This document shows, one piece after another, positions 1-15,612 of a stretch of 64,000 bases of DNA. Under the pieces are notes generated by a model. The model worked only from the letters and a program-made list of their open reading frames with translations, was not told the origin of the DNA and searched no databases. The first letter of the stretch is position 1. Every line of letters starts with the position of its first letter. Position numbers and translations under genes: made by a program. The stretch lies in NCBI RefSeq assembly GCF_009914755.1, contig NC_060935.1; one strand, written 5' to 3'. This DNA comes from the human T2T-CHM13v2.0 reference genome, Homo sapiens.

Positions 1-619
1 GACTGGGTGCTTCATTTCCTTCTCTATACTGCCATCTTGAATCTCCATGATTCAGAGGGTTTCGTCACTTCCTTGCTGAATTCTAGTGTTCCGCGTTAGA
101 CGCTGTACTCAAAGTGTAGTTATTTGTTTGTTGTTTTGTCCTTCTTTGTGGAGGAGGTGAGCTTTGACACTTCTAGGCAGCCATCTTGTTGACAACATCT
201 TCCATGTACCTTCCTTAGGCACAATTATACTGTCTCCATCCTGCCATACTCAGGTACTTATGGTGTTGCCCAATGTCTGGATTAAACTGGAAGCTGGAGG
301 TTGAGGGTACTCTGGTGATGCAGTCCAAATGGCTCATTCACTTGGAGCACAATGTGGGGCTGAGGAAGGAAAAGATGGATTTTCTTGGGGCTTCTTTACA
401 CCTTCCTTTCCACACTGTACAAGGTACCTGGTTCTCCAGGCCTTGTAGGCAGATGGGTGAGCATGGTCTCCTACAACTTCCTTTTCCCTGGAATTCCACA
501 GAGGGAACTGAGGATGAGGTGAGGTCTTTGGATGACCTACTCTTCAGCCTTTGATGCAAATTTCATCACTCTTGATTCACAATCTCGTTAGCTCTTTCTG
601 CCCTACCAATTACTCCAGA

Positions 620-1073
620 TTTGTTTATTAATTTTTTTTTGTGTCAATATGGCTGGATCACAGAGTGCTGAGATATTTGGCTAAACATTATTCCTCGGTG
701 TGTCTGTTAGTGTTTTTCTGAATGATATTAACATTTAAACTATTCGACTGAGTAAAGCCCTCCCCTATGAGGTGGGCATCATGCAATTCATGGAAGAACC
801 AAATAGAACAAAAAGGAGGAGGAAGGGTAAATTTTTTTCTCTTTCTACCTGATTGCTGAAGCTGGAGCTGGGAAATTATTATTTTCCTAGCCTTGGACTA
901 AGACTTGTTCTTGCTCTTCAGACTTTTGGATTGGTACTGAAACTATAACACTGACTTTCCTTAGTCTCTAGCTTGTGGATGGCAGAGTGTGATAGCCTCC
1001 ATAATTGTGTGAGCCAATTCCTCATCTCTCTCTATTTTATTGGCTCCGTTTTTCTGAAGACCCCTGACTATAC
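620..1073 (+). mobile_element. MLT2-type ERVL solo LTR
   Basis: Typical MLT2 motifs (tgtgtcaa..., ccataattgtgtgagccaattcc, ...ccctgactataca). Boundaries approximate. Confidence 0.65.
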
Positions 1074-1877
1074 AGCAGTGTCTAATGTGTCTAAGGTAAT
1101 ATTTTAAGCAGAGAGAATGGCCAATGTCAGCGTATCCGGACATTTTGAGGACCAGCAAGGAGGCTACTGTGGCTGCGGGTAAGTGGGAGAAAAGATGGAA
1201 AAGGCAGGGAAAGTCATGTTCCCTGTTGGCCCTTGAGAGGCCTTTGGCTTTTATTCTAACCATGATGGGGAACCATAGGAACCATAGGAGGGTTTTGATT
1301 AGAGAAGTAAAGTGATTTGACTTATAGTTTTAACAAGATTAGAATTTGTTGACTGATTGGGCATGAGGATTTAGAGGAAGAGATAAATGAAAGATAATTC
1401 TAAGAGTTTGCCTTGAAGTGTAGAGTTGCCATTAAGCAAGCTGAGAAAGACTGTAAGAGGAGTGGATTTTGGAGGAGGATTGTGAGTTCTTGAGATAACA
1501 TTGTATTTAACGGTGTGCAAAGCATCTCAAATGTTTTAACTCACTTAATTCTGCCAAGAACATTACCAGCTTCATATTATTATTCTCAACTTCAAATGAG
1601 AAAATGGAGTCAGAGAGGTTATGAAATGTGCCCCAAATCACACAGGTTGCAAGAGGTGGGGCTAGAATTTAAAGCAATGTTACGGCACTCCAACACCTGG
1701 GTTTTTAACCAGTACCCCACACCACAGCTCAACATTAGATGGATAATAATGGCCATGATAACCATACTCACTCATTAAGAATGAAGCCCAATGAGTATCT
1801 TCCAATTTGACCTCTTCTTCTTCCTCCTTGGGTGGGTGGATGAAGGAAATGCCCAAGATAAGGGACCTGATCTCCAC

Positions 1878-2300
1878 TGTGCTAGTTGGCTTGGGCTACC
1901 ATAACAAAATGCCATGGACTGGGTAGCTTAAACATAAGAAAATATATATTTTCATGGTATGGAGGCTTGAAGTAGAAGATCAAAGTTTGATTTATTGATT
2001 TATACCAGTGGTTTTCCTGGTTCTCCAACTTGAAGCCAGCAGATTGTGGGACTTCTCAATCTCCATAATTGTGTGATCCAATTCCCATAAGGCAGGTGTG
2101 ATTTCTCGGGAGGCTTCTGTCCTTGGCTTCCAGACAACTGCCTTCTTACTGTGTCTTCACCTGGTCATTCATTTGTACACACACACTTCTGGTGTCTCTG
2201 TGTGTATGTCCAAATCTCCTTTTCTTATAAGGATACCAGTAAGATTGGATTAGAACCCACTCTAATGACCCCATCTTAACTTAATCAACCCATTTAAGGC
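1878..2300 (-). mobile_element. MLT1-type MaLR LTR containing a short MLT2-like piece
   Basis: gctaccataacaaaatgccatggactgggtagcttaaac and cttataaggataccagtaagattggattag are characteristic of MLT1. Confidence 0.55.
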
Positions 2301-2301
2301 T

Positions 2302-2780
2302 TGTGATGGTTAATCTTATGTGTCAGCTTGACTGGGCGAAGGGATACCCATATAGCTACTAAAACGATTCTGGGTATGTCTGTGTTCATACTTCTGGAAG
2401 AGATTAGCATTTAAGTCAGTAGACTGAGTAAAGAAGATCCACCCTCACCAATGTGGATGGGCATCACCTAATGTGTTTAAGGCCCAGATAGAACAAAGAA
2501 GTGGAGGAAGGGCTAATTTGCTCTCTCTAAGCTGGGATGTCCATCTTCTCCTGCCCTCAGACATCCGTGTTCCTGGATCTCAGGACTTCGGGCTTGGACT
2601 GAATTACACTACGGATTTTCCTGGTTCTCCAGCTTGAAGACAGCAGATTGTGGGACTTCTTGACCTCCATAATTGTGTGAGCCAATTCCTGTAATAATCT
2701 CTCTCTCTCATAGCAGATTTTTTTACAAAAATAATCAGAAAATGATGCTCCTTTTCCATCTCTCTCCAGAAGCACTAACT
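2302..2780 (+). mobile_element. MLT2-type ERVL solo LTR
   Basis: Starts tgtgatggttaatcttatgtgtcagcttgactggg and is homologous to 620-1073. Confidence 0.7.
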
Positions 2781-5257
2781 GTTCATAAGTTGAAAGTGAA
2801 TATAGTTTTTAATTAAAATTTATGAAAAATTTAGCAATTGTTCTCATTATATATAAAACAAAGCCACATAGTTATTATAGTTTAAACATAATTAAATTAA
2901 ATTAAAGCTAAAGCTCCTTTGTCTTAAAAACTAACCCTTTCTTATCCTCAAAAAAATATTGTGAAATTTGAGAGCCCTCACTGAGGCAAACTGGGCAGTT
3001 GCCTAGTTTGGCTTTTTGTAAAGACATTTATTGGTATCCTGCAATTAGGCATTCAGGCCATTATGTTTACTGTAGAGTTGAGAAAGCTTATTCCCCAAAC
3101 CTGTATATTAGCTCTGAGAAATTTAGGTCATGTTCCTCCTATGTCAATGTTTGAACTCAATCTGTGATCTTATGGAGGTAAGTAGGATGAGGAGGCAAAA
3201 CAATGCCTTACTATTTTGTAAGGTTTGGAAATGGAACAGATGTCTCCTGATTAGAAAGGATATTTAGCAATCTTATACACCGGCCTTTACTCTCAGCTCT
3301 TCAAATTTTCTCATGAAGACATGGTCCTCATATCTTCTCTTGTTTGAGGAATAAGGAGAAGGCATTTATTACACATTTTCTGGGACTGGTCAGGATTAGC
3401 AAGACAATGAGAATGGAGTTCTGTGTTGTCTCTTGACCTTTGTGGAAGACTGGAGTTAATGAAGTGTGGGGTCTTGTGCAAATTACTTTGACCTTTTAAG
3501 CTTTTGGCTCTGTTTCCTAGTCTATAGGAATTATGGGGGATTTCTACAAAGGTAAGTGATGGTGGAAGAGGGGGTAGGGAGAATAGAGATTGGGATAAGG
3601 GGAAGAGGGAAGAGAAGAGAAGCAAATACATGATTTCTTCTTAGCCAGTTCATGGATTCAACAACTTCTGAGACTTTTTCTCATGGCTTTTTCTGATAGT
3701 CAAGAATATAGGCTTTTCTTTGCCCACACGGTGGCACTAGCTGCTTAGAAAACAGTGTAGCTAAAATCAGAAAGCCCGCAGCAGATCTCCTGAAAGCATG
3801 GAGAGTGAGCTGCAGCCGACGTTTAGAGCAATTAATAACACATTAGAAATTTTACTAACAGGGGTAATTCACATTGAGTTAATTAGAAAACAATTTTAAG
3901 ACAGAGAAAGTGGGGGAGAAATGAGCGTGTGGAGACGCTGTCTCTCCGCCGCCAGTGCAGGGTGGCGAGTTTGCATGCTCACCCAGGGCTCCGATCTAGC
4001 GACGACCTGTTAAGGTTCTGCTCCATTGCCAGCTTGAGTTTCTTTACCGTCTAAGATGCATCTTGGATGGGTTAGGGAGGGATGTTCCCTTTTCAGTGTA
4101 GTGGAAAGAACGTTGTCCTGGGAGCTGGGAGATCGGATTTGTAATGCTATTTCTGCTACTAATTCCCTTCTGTGACATTGAACAGGAACACTTTGCCCTT
4201 CAGGAATAAATAAATAAAACACATGCGTTGGGGCAAGTAACCTCTAAGTTCCCTTCTAGTTCTGGCTTTCAAATTGGTGATGTTAGAAGACAAGAGTTTT
4301 GCTAGTTAGAGATGTATAGATACATGCTTATGTATGTAATCTCAATGTCCGTAAACAGCATCTGCTGAATTATGATAAGAGCTCAAAATGCAGCGTTCAC
4401 ACACTCAGACCATGGCTGCAGGAGTAGATTTTGATTGTTATCAGCAATTGGAACTCATTGCTGTCTGGGAAGAGATTGAATTTGAAAAGGTCTCTTAAAA
4501 GGGCCTTTGGGAGCCAAGGGGAATAAGTGTAGGCAACCTGCTCAGGGGGGTTGGGGCTTGGATGGAGAGGCAGGTGAAAGCAGGGATGCAGGGAGCACAT
4601 TGCCTGGAGGAGCAGGGCCAGTGAAGGGCCTGTCGGCACTTCAAGGACTAACCACAGCTAATCACTAGTCTGGGAGGTCTGCGCTCAAGGCTGGAGCTTG
4701 GCATCAAGTTGTCCAGGCTCTAGTTCACCCTTTTCGTTCTTTGTCTCTTGCAACAATTGGCCAATACATGTCAGCAGTGTTTTATTTTTAATTTGCTTGG
4801 AACAACATGGATCCTAGGCAGCTCTGTCTTTGCTATTTCATGATGCAAGTTAAGGTTTGCTTGTCATGTGGAAAAGATTTGAAATAAAGACAGTGGATAA
4901 AATGTTAGTGTCCAGAGGGACAATGGGCCATTATTTAACTTGTTTTTTCCAGGTGATCCAAGGGAGGTCTTACTTCTCAATAGGAGACAAGTGACTTGAT
5001 TTCAACACGGATGGGAGAAATTGGGAGGTGAAATTGGGAGAAACATGGAAATACTGGTGATGTATACAAATCCAGACTTTTATCAAACAGAGCAATTAGA
5101 AAACTGTATCTTCATAGGCACCCAATATTTTGTTATGTCTCATTTAAAATTCATTAAGTACTTTATTTGTAAATATTGTGATTTTTCCTAATTATAAAAG
5201 TATACATGACTGATGAAAAATTGAGCAATACAGAAATCTATGTTAAATATGATTTGA

Positions 5258-5278
5258 AGAGAGAGAGAGAGAGAGAGA
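5258..5278. repeat. (GA)n microsatellite
   Basis: Visible dinucleotide run. Confidence 0.9.
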
Positions 5279-7019
5279 AAGCTCCTCCCTTATCTGGTCT
5301 GAACCTCACACCTTCACCATTCTTTGATGAGTCCATTTGACCAGCTTACTTTTCCAAGAAAAATTGAAAAGGATTCCATTTATAAATTATTGACCTCAGA
5401 GAAATTTTCTAACTCTGCTTTGGAGGTTATGGGCAACCAACCAACTCTGTTCACCGTAGACTCTCGGTGCTAAACCAAGGAAAGTCCAAAACAAACCAGT
5501 GCATTTTGTCACTTTAGTTTTACATAACTTCCAAGTGAACCTACAGAACTGAAGCCTGATCCTTGAACTTGCTGCTTTGTTCTAATACTGTGGGATATTA
5601 TTATTTTGCTCTTTCCTTCAAGGGGAAGCATGAACATCTGGCCTTTTCTTTTTCTTCCTGTAAGTCCATTGGAGATGCAAGATTTTAAGGAGCAGGAGGA
5701 TGGGGGGGGAAGGACACCCTCTTGCATGTAAGTCATGTTATGACTCCTCTCTACTTGACCTCATTGTGTAAGGAGGGCTCAGGGCCACCTGTTGAACATG
5801 AACACTGTCTTCAGGAAATTCTTAGCTCTCACCTGCCTTTCTCGCCATGTTGCCTCAAATATGACCCTCAGGTAAAGGCTGCATCTCCTTGGGGAAAAAC
5901 ACACTGAAGCTCCTAGAAGCCACAGACCAGTTTCTCCTCTCTCCCAGTGTTACTGCAGTGGCTTCTGCCTTGTCTTTAGTGAGCAGCTGTGGCCCCAGGG
6001 CTGTTGTGTGGTTAAGTAGGTCCAAATGCGAAAGAGTGGGAGATGTAAGAGGAGCGTCGAATGAGGGCAGCACAGAACAGTGAAATCCTTGCACCTGCCT
6101 CCTTGACAGTTTTTGCTGAGAATCAGACAAGCAAGGAATCTCTCACTTATTAGCTGAACACAGAAAGACTTTGGGGATAAAGCTGGTCTGAGAATTATAA
6201 AGGGGTTTTGAAACAGAGACAGAGGTGTGTATACACCTATTCATTCTTGAATTATCCTTAGACTATTACTACAAAGTGGCTTTCATTATTCTCCTTTCAT
6301 GGTATAATGGAGTGATTAGGAACATGAGCTTTGGAATTCCACCCCACCTTCACTAAGTAGTGGCTGTGTGACCATGGGCAAGTCACTCCATTGCTCTGAA
6401 CTTCTGTTGCTTCTTTTTAGACATAATATTATCAAATGCGTATGACTGTTGTGAAAATTAAATGACACATAAAACACTTACAAGCCTAGCCCATTGCTCT
6501 CAATAATGGGGACTAATATTATTAATCTTAGGTTGCAGGTGATGAGATTGAAGTTCCTAAAGTTTAAGTAATGAATCAAAGGCCTGAGTCAAGATTTAAA
6601 TCCAGGTCTGTTGATGTCCATACTCGAGTAATGTTTAAACTTACAGTAGTTACAAGGAGCATCAACCTTCCTCAGCAAGATTTGACCAGGTTGAAAGGTT
6701 CTGAGATTGTTTGGATAACATTTCAAGATAATAATAAAAAAATTCCATAGTGTTGTTAATATCTGATGAACATCTACAAAGAGGCAGACATCGTTTCAAG
6801 TATTTTCCTATAATAACTGTCATTGTATAACATTATTGACTCTTTGAGGTATATACTACTAGCCTTTCCTTTTTACAGATGTGGAACTGAGGCACAGAGA
6901 TATAGAACCCTGGCAAAAGCTGGGGCTTATACTGACTGACAAGACCATTTCCAACCCAAACATTCTCAGGGAGGGAACTGGCAGCCAGTGCCCCAGCAAA
7001 CTCTCGCACATGGTTCTAC

Positions 7020-7182
7020 ACTCAGGCCCCCCTGAGCTAAGCTTCCTAAAGAGCCAGGTGGCAGCTGGAGCTGGGGTCTCCTGGCCCATGATTGGCTGCC
7101 ATCATTTGTGGTTAGCCCTCCATGGTGGGGGAGGCTGGGAAGGACAGTGGAAGCTGATAAACAGCTCAGCAGCATGTTCTGA
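7020..7182 (+). promoter_or_regulatory. RAG1: RAG1 core promoter
   Basis: E-boxes CAGGTG 7055-60 and CAGCTG 7062-67, inverted CCAAT (ATTGG 7091-95, NF-Y), RUNX-type TGTGGTT 7107-13, and TGATAA 7155-60 at the TATA position, all immediately upstream of exon 1. Confidence 0.8.
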
Positions 7183-7298
7183 GAAACAAGAGGGCAAGGA
7201 GAGAGCAGAGAACACACTTTGCCTTCTCTTTGGTATTGAGTAATATCAACCAAATTGCAGACATCTCAACACTTTGGCCAGGCAGCCTGCTGAGCAAG
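7183..7298 (+). other. RAG1: RAG1 exon 1 (non-coding 5'UTR)
   Basis: Recognised RAG1 mRNA 5' sequence with no ATG. It ends at donor AAG|GTAACA (GT 7299-7300) and joins exon 2 at 12467. The start position is approximate. Confidence 0.88.
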
Positions 7299-9639
7299 GT
7301 AACACTCATACTTTTCATGCCTTGAGCCAAAATATTTATTACATTTTTATGTTTCTAACTAGAAGTGCTTGAGCTTTTTTTCCTTCCAGGTGATGAGGGG
7401 ATGGAATGAGCAAAGCTACATCAATTTTTTTTTAATGTATGAAAATAAAAAAGGTACAAGAGGCCAAGTTTAGGGCCACTGAAGGTTCATAGAAAGATGC
7501 AAAATATCTGAATTACTATAAATGAATGCTATTGTCAGAGGAAAGGTTTAAGGAGTGCTTCTTGAATGAATGTGTACAAATCAGCAGAAGGTAAGGTGTG
7601 AGACTCTTGGAAATGAATACTGGTAGTTCAGGTGAGAAAAATAATCAGGAACATAATAGGGTGGGAGGAAATGTATGGTTTCCCAGGTATTAACAAGTAT
7701 TGCCAGGCATTTCCTGAACTAGATTGGCCTAAGTAGGAGACCAATGTTTCTCAAAATATTCACTCATTTTAGAATCACTGAATGTTTAAAAATGCAATTT
7801 CTGGATTCCTTCCCAAACAGCCAGACTCTTTGGGACCTGATGATCTGCATTTCTTTTTAAAAACAAACTCGCTCATGATTCTGATTTGTATTAATTTTGA
7901 GAATTGCCATGGTAGAGACCCTGCTTTGAGGTTATGTTCTTGAGTCAGGATTCCTGGCCAGGGATTGTGATGATATATTTCTCTTTCTGAAGTGGTTCAT
8001 GCAAGAGGTTGTCTGAAGGAAGAGCAAGAATTGTAGTGTTATTTTGTGGATACTTGAGACTTATAAAAAGGCTTTTTATTTTGTCACATTTTTGATACAT
8101 GATGTTTGGCAAAAAACAGACGATAGTATTTGCAGAGTGAATGAATAAGTGGAACAGGTGTGATAATGAGAGGTCACACTTGAGCACACAGTTATTACTT
8201 GGAAATTGTGTACAGACTAAGTTGAAGATGTTAGGAGGGAAGATTGTGGGCCAAGTAACGGGGTGTATGTGTGTGGGTATAGGGTGGGCAGCTGGGATGG
8301 AAATGGGGGGCTGCTGCTGCTGCTGCACCCTGGCCTCCTGAACTAATGATATCACTCACCAGAAACTACTGTTCCTGCACTGTCCAAGCCACCCCAAACT
8401 AGTTTGTCAAAATGAATCTGTGCTGTGTGGAGGGAGGCACGCCTGTAGCTCTGATGTCAGATGGCAATGTCGAGATGGCAGTGGCCGGTGGGGACAGGGC
8501 TGAGCCAGCACCAACCACTCAGCCTTTGAGATCCCGAGGCTGGTCTACTGCTGAGACCTTTTGTTAGAAGAGAGGAGATCAAGCATTTGCAAGGTTTCTG
8601 AGTGTCAAAATATGAATCCAAGATAACTCTTTCACAATCCTAACTTCATGCTGTCTACAGGTCCATATTTTAGCCTGCTTTCTCCATGTTCATCCGAAAA
8701 GAAAGAAAAGCTAAGGGTGGTGGTCATATTTGAAATTAGCCAGATCTTAAGTTTTTCTGGGGGAAATTTAGAAGAAAATATGGAAAAGTGACTATGAGCA
8801 CATATACAGCTAGTCTTTAAAACAGTTTTATCCAAAATAAATGTATCACAAAATTAATAAAAATAGTTACTTGCTTGTTTTGAATAATTCAAATGATACA
8901 AAAATTAATAAAATAAAAAGTGCAAAAGGCCCTCTTATCAATGCCAATTCTATTTTTTTCAGAAATTAAACACTGTTAAGATTTTAGTGTGTATCCTTTC
9001 AGAATTCCTGTGATTTCATATATGTACAAATACAAACGTATCTACATAAAGGGAATCCTACTATACTTGCTATTGTCATTCTATTCTCTGCTTTTTCATG
9101 TGAGCATCTTTCCATGTCACTGATGCATACAGAAATTGCACATATGCATCAGTGCATACAGAAAATTAAATTTTCTGCATGGTTTTCCACTGTATGTCTG
9201 GACCATAGTTTATTTAATAATAATGCCCTTTGGGTAATTATTTATATTGTTTCCTGCTTTTTCAAAGTAACAGCTTTTGAAACAAATCTCTCTCTGTCTT
9301 TATATAAATATTGTTGCATTCCTGTGGAAATGTTTCTATTGGATAACTTCCCAAAAGGAGATTTATTGCATCAAAGATAATATATTCAAAAATTTTAAAG
9401 ATATTGCTAAATTGTCTAGTAGGTATTTTATACCAATTTATACTCCTCCCAAGAATGTATGGAGATATCTTAATTTCTCCATGCCTTCATTAATGCTGAA
9501 CCATATAAGTAGTTTTAATCTTTGCTAATTGAATAGATAAAAAATATCTAATCTAAGTCTAGTTCTTAAAAGTTCTATCTTCTACCAAAAGTAATACACG
9601 TCTATTTTAGGGAGTAAAAATCACAAGTAAGGATAAAAA

Positions 9640-10237
9640 ATAGTGCAGCAATAAACACAGGAGTGTAGATGTCTCTGAACATACTGATTTAACTTCCTTT
9701 GGATAAATACCCAGTAGTAGGACTGCTGGATCATATAATAATTCTATCTTTAGTTTTTTTGAGGACCTCCATACTATTCTTCATAGTGGCTGTACTAATT
9801 TACATTCCTACCAACTGTGTATGAAGGTTCCCTTTTCTCTACATCCTTGCCAGCATTCATTATTGCTTGTCATTTGGATACAATCTATTTTAACTGGGGT
9901 GAGATGACATCTCATTGTAGTTTTGATATGCATTTCTCTGATGATCAGTGGTGTTGAGCACCTTTTCATATACCTGTTTGCCATTTGTATGTCTTCCTTT
10001 GAGAAATGTCTATTCAGATATTTTACCTATTTTAAAATCGGATTATTAGATTGTTTCCTGTAGAGTTGTTTGAGCTCCTTGTATATTCTGGTTATTAATC
10101 TCTTGTCAGATGCATAGCTTACAAATATTTTCTCCCATCATGTGGATTGTGTCTTCACTTTGTGGATTGTTTACTTTGCTGTGCAGAAGCTTTTAACTTG
10201 ATGCAATCCCATTTGTCCACTTTTGCTTTGGTTGCCT
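9640..10237 (-). mobile_element. Old L1 (L1M-type) ORF2 3' fragment in the RAG1 intron
   Basis: Degenerate homology to the L1 ORF2 C-terminus (reads ...KSFCTAK) and to the younger L1 at 53.5-54.1 kb. Confidence 0.8.
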
Positions 10238-10712
10238 TCCACAGGAGTATTTAAATAAATGTAGTTTGGTAGATTTTGGTATAGTAATGCAGGCCAGTGG
10301 GAGTCAGGGGAGAAATGTGTAGGGAAGTGAGATAGTTCTAAGGATCCTACAAACATGCCTTATGATTGACTTACTCAATGTGAAAGTCAATATTAAACTT
10401 GATGAGCTCTAGAGATGGTCATGCATTTTAAAAAGAATTACTCAAAATATTGTCTTGGAATACCAGAGAGCAAGTGCTTTAAGTATAGGCTGGGAAGTAA
10501 AATGCTAAAGGAATGAGAAGGCATTTGGGGTTGAGTTCAACCTAAGAGGCAGGGGAGCCACAGGGAAAGACCTAGCACCTGCCACAGAAGAGAATTAGGA
10601 AGCAGAATTGAACTATAAGCAATTTTGAGGTGTTCGTTGGGCTGCAGTTGAAATATTTTTTGAGGTTAATGAGACATTTGAAATGGCCGTGTATTGTTTA
10701 ACTCTTGCATAG

Positions 10713-11090
<378 letters not shown>

Positions 11091-12441
11091 TGCCCCAAAA
11101 CACCAATTTCTGATGTGTGATGCATGTAAGATAGAACAAACTTCAGTAAAGCGGGGACTTGAAAAGAGGCTTTGGTAACAGCTGTCAGCATTAACCCTTG
11201 CCCCTCCGTACCTCCTAATCCCACCCCTGCTCAAAGTATGTTCATCTGAGAATTTGTCTCCATAACTATGTGACTATAAAAATTCTCATCGATTTTGTTA
11301 GTTGATCAATTGAGGGAAAAACATATGTTACTTGATATAACTGGTGGGTCAAAAGAATTAACCCAGGCAAATTTGAGATAGGTGGATGGGATGATGGATT
11401 GAAAATACAGCTGCTCTCTTTCCAATCATGTACTAAGTAATTTGGGAAAGATTGATCTAATTGGGTCTAGAGAGTACACTTCACATGGCATTGTTTGACT
11501 TTTTTTCTGCATCGCTAGCGATCTGTGCATTACAACTCAAATCAGTCGGGTTTCCTGGCATATGTAATTGCCAATGTTTTTTACCAGAAGAGAAACATTA
11601 CTCCCACCTCTTCTTATTATGTTACAAACTATAGTGCTAATGACCATCGACCAACAGTGACTTTCAGGATGACCTGTGTGAGTTTTATCTGAAACCATGT
11701 GAATTTTTCATCTTAAAAGTCCCTTAGAATCTCAGTCTATGTACACTCAGGTTTGTTGCAGGTTTAGAGTTCCGTGTTTTTTGTTTCTAATGTAGACACA
11801 GCCTTATAATTTACAACAGCATTCACTAATTAAAATTGTAAGCATAATTACTATCCACGATACTTATTATTAGTTTGCATTCATAAAGCTCAAAATTCAC
11901 TTCATCCTTTCAAGTAGTGAATAATTAGTTTCTTTGGGTTTGCAGCTTTATCATCCTTTTATGACCCATTTGGAAGAAATAAACAACCAACCCCCTGGAA
12001 GACTGCTTTAAAAAGCTGGAAATACATTGTCCAGCTAGTACAATGAGGCTAATACAATGTGGAAAATATTACTTTTCTTTGATTTTAGTAGCCTGTTTAT
12101 CTTTACATTTACTGAACAAATAACTATTGAGCACCTAATGTATACTGGGACCCTTGGGGAGGCAAAGATGAATCAAAGATTCTGTCCTTAAAGACCTTAA
12201 GGTTTTTGTGGAAGGAAATAAAACTTTACATGTATATATTTAAGCACTTATATGTGTGTAACAGGTATAAGTAACCATAAACACTGTCAGAAGAGGAAAT
12301 AACTCTATGATCAGCACCTAACATGATATATTAAGGTAGAAGATTTAATACATATCTTTTGGAATACATGAATAAATAATTGAATGTATTTATTTTTATT
12401 ATTTATAAGATACATCAGTGGGATATTGATATTGGTCTTAA

Positions 12442-15612
<3,171 letters not shown>

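Noticed and set aside
12201-12239. Perfect RSS nonamer GGTTTTTGT in the RAG1 intron
   Set aside because: No heptamer at 12- or 23-bp spacing.
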